Source: Thermoplasmata archaeon
GTDB taxonomy: Archaea > Thermoplasmatota > Thermoplasmata > Thermoplasmatales > ARK-15
Length of the DNA stretch: 64,000 bases
Assembly: GCA_038729465.1 (NCBI GenBank)
Contig: JAVYRZ010000004.1
Coordinates: 19,860-83,859, forward strand
Reading direction: 5' to 3'
Shown here: one piece after another, positions 63,909-64,000 of the stretch
Position numbering within the stretch: the first letter of the stretch is position 1
Layout of the letters: each line of letters begins with the position of its first letter
The notes under the pieces: model-generated
Database searches by the model: none
What the model saw: the letters and a program-made list of their open reading frames with translations, nothing else
What the model was told of the DNA's origin: nothing
Program-made: the position numbers and the translations under genes

Positions 63909-64000
63909 ATGATATATGTAGCATGTCCAGTCTGTGGATTTACAATAGATTCATTTTCTGAAGAAGATCTGAAAAGTCCAGTCCGAGAAAAGAGACTTAG
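63909..64000 (+). CDS. hypothetical protein, 5' part only (runs off window); possible zinc-ribbon
   Basis: The ATG lies 2 nt after the dsrC stop. It translates as MIYVACPVCGFTIDSFSEEDLKSPVREKRL with a CPxC knuckle. The sequence is too short to classify. Confidence 0.3.
   Translation, partial: MIYVACPVCGFTIDSFSEEDLKSPVREKRL

Noticed and set aside
1-64000. A CRISPR array or other regularly spaced repeats, and rRNA genes.
   Set aside because: Reading the spacers, I found only short AT-rich direct or inverted repeats in one or two copies. There is no periodic repeat-spacer structure and no rRNA-like GC-rich conserved blocks.

Overview
AT-rich archaeal chromosomal segment with about 70 tightly packed genes. 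There are no rRNA genes and no CRISPR array. Archaeal hallmarks include PCNA, a two-domain tRNA-splicing endonuclease, Elp3, XerA, diphthine-ammonia ligase, QueE, archaeal-type LeuS and a class II HMG-CoA reductase. With the very low GC content, these suggest a Thermoplasmata-like euryarchaeon, which is an inference and cannot be proven from this window. 

Content from left to right:
- 0-2.3 kb: methylmalonyl-CoA mutase small subunit, MeaB and an acyl-CoA dehydrogenase.
- 2.4-8.5 kb: a 2-hydroxyacid dehydrogenase, a ThiN-domain regulator, Elp3 and transporters.
- 8.5-9.05 kb: an ORF-free stretch.
- 9.05-16.4 kb: a Rieske/cytochrome b operon with two tiny membrane subunits and a crotonase-like gene, then tatA/tatC, an MFS transporter and an EB_dh/DOMON-like secreted glycoprotein.
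- 17-23.3 kb: housekeeping genes and two tRNAs (CAU and Leu-CAA).
- 23.3-28.5 kb: a mixed minus-strand gene string (pyrC, AMMECR1, queE, SIS, TIM barrel, radical SAM).
- 28.5-32.2 kb: an uncharacterised two-gene module converging on a HerA-like ATPase coupled to DUF357.
- 33.4-41.5 kb: an accessory-looking stretch with xerA, msrB, two butt-joined decayed IS elements, cobA, extremely AT-rich surface-protein genes, a wHTH regulator and two GT2 glycosyltransferases.
- 41.5-51.8 kb: housekeeping genes (pcn, mrp, hmgA, leuS, endA and a divergent Ras-like GTPase).
- 52.1-64 kb: the stand-out locus. It holds a complete dissimilatory APS pathway (qmoC, sat, a small conserved-position ORF, aprBA, qmoAB). 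It is flanked by a TauE/SafE-DUF1634 anion transporter pair, a TrmB-family regulator and a divergent dsrC. The dsrC gene is preceded by a perfect palindrome containing TACT-N3-AGTA. 

No dsrAB is in the window, so the direction of the pathway (sulfate reduction or sulfite oxidation) cannot be decided here.
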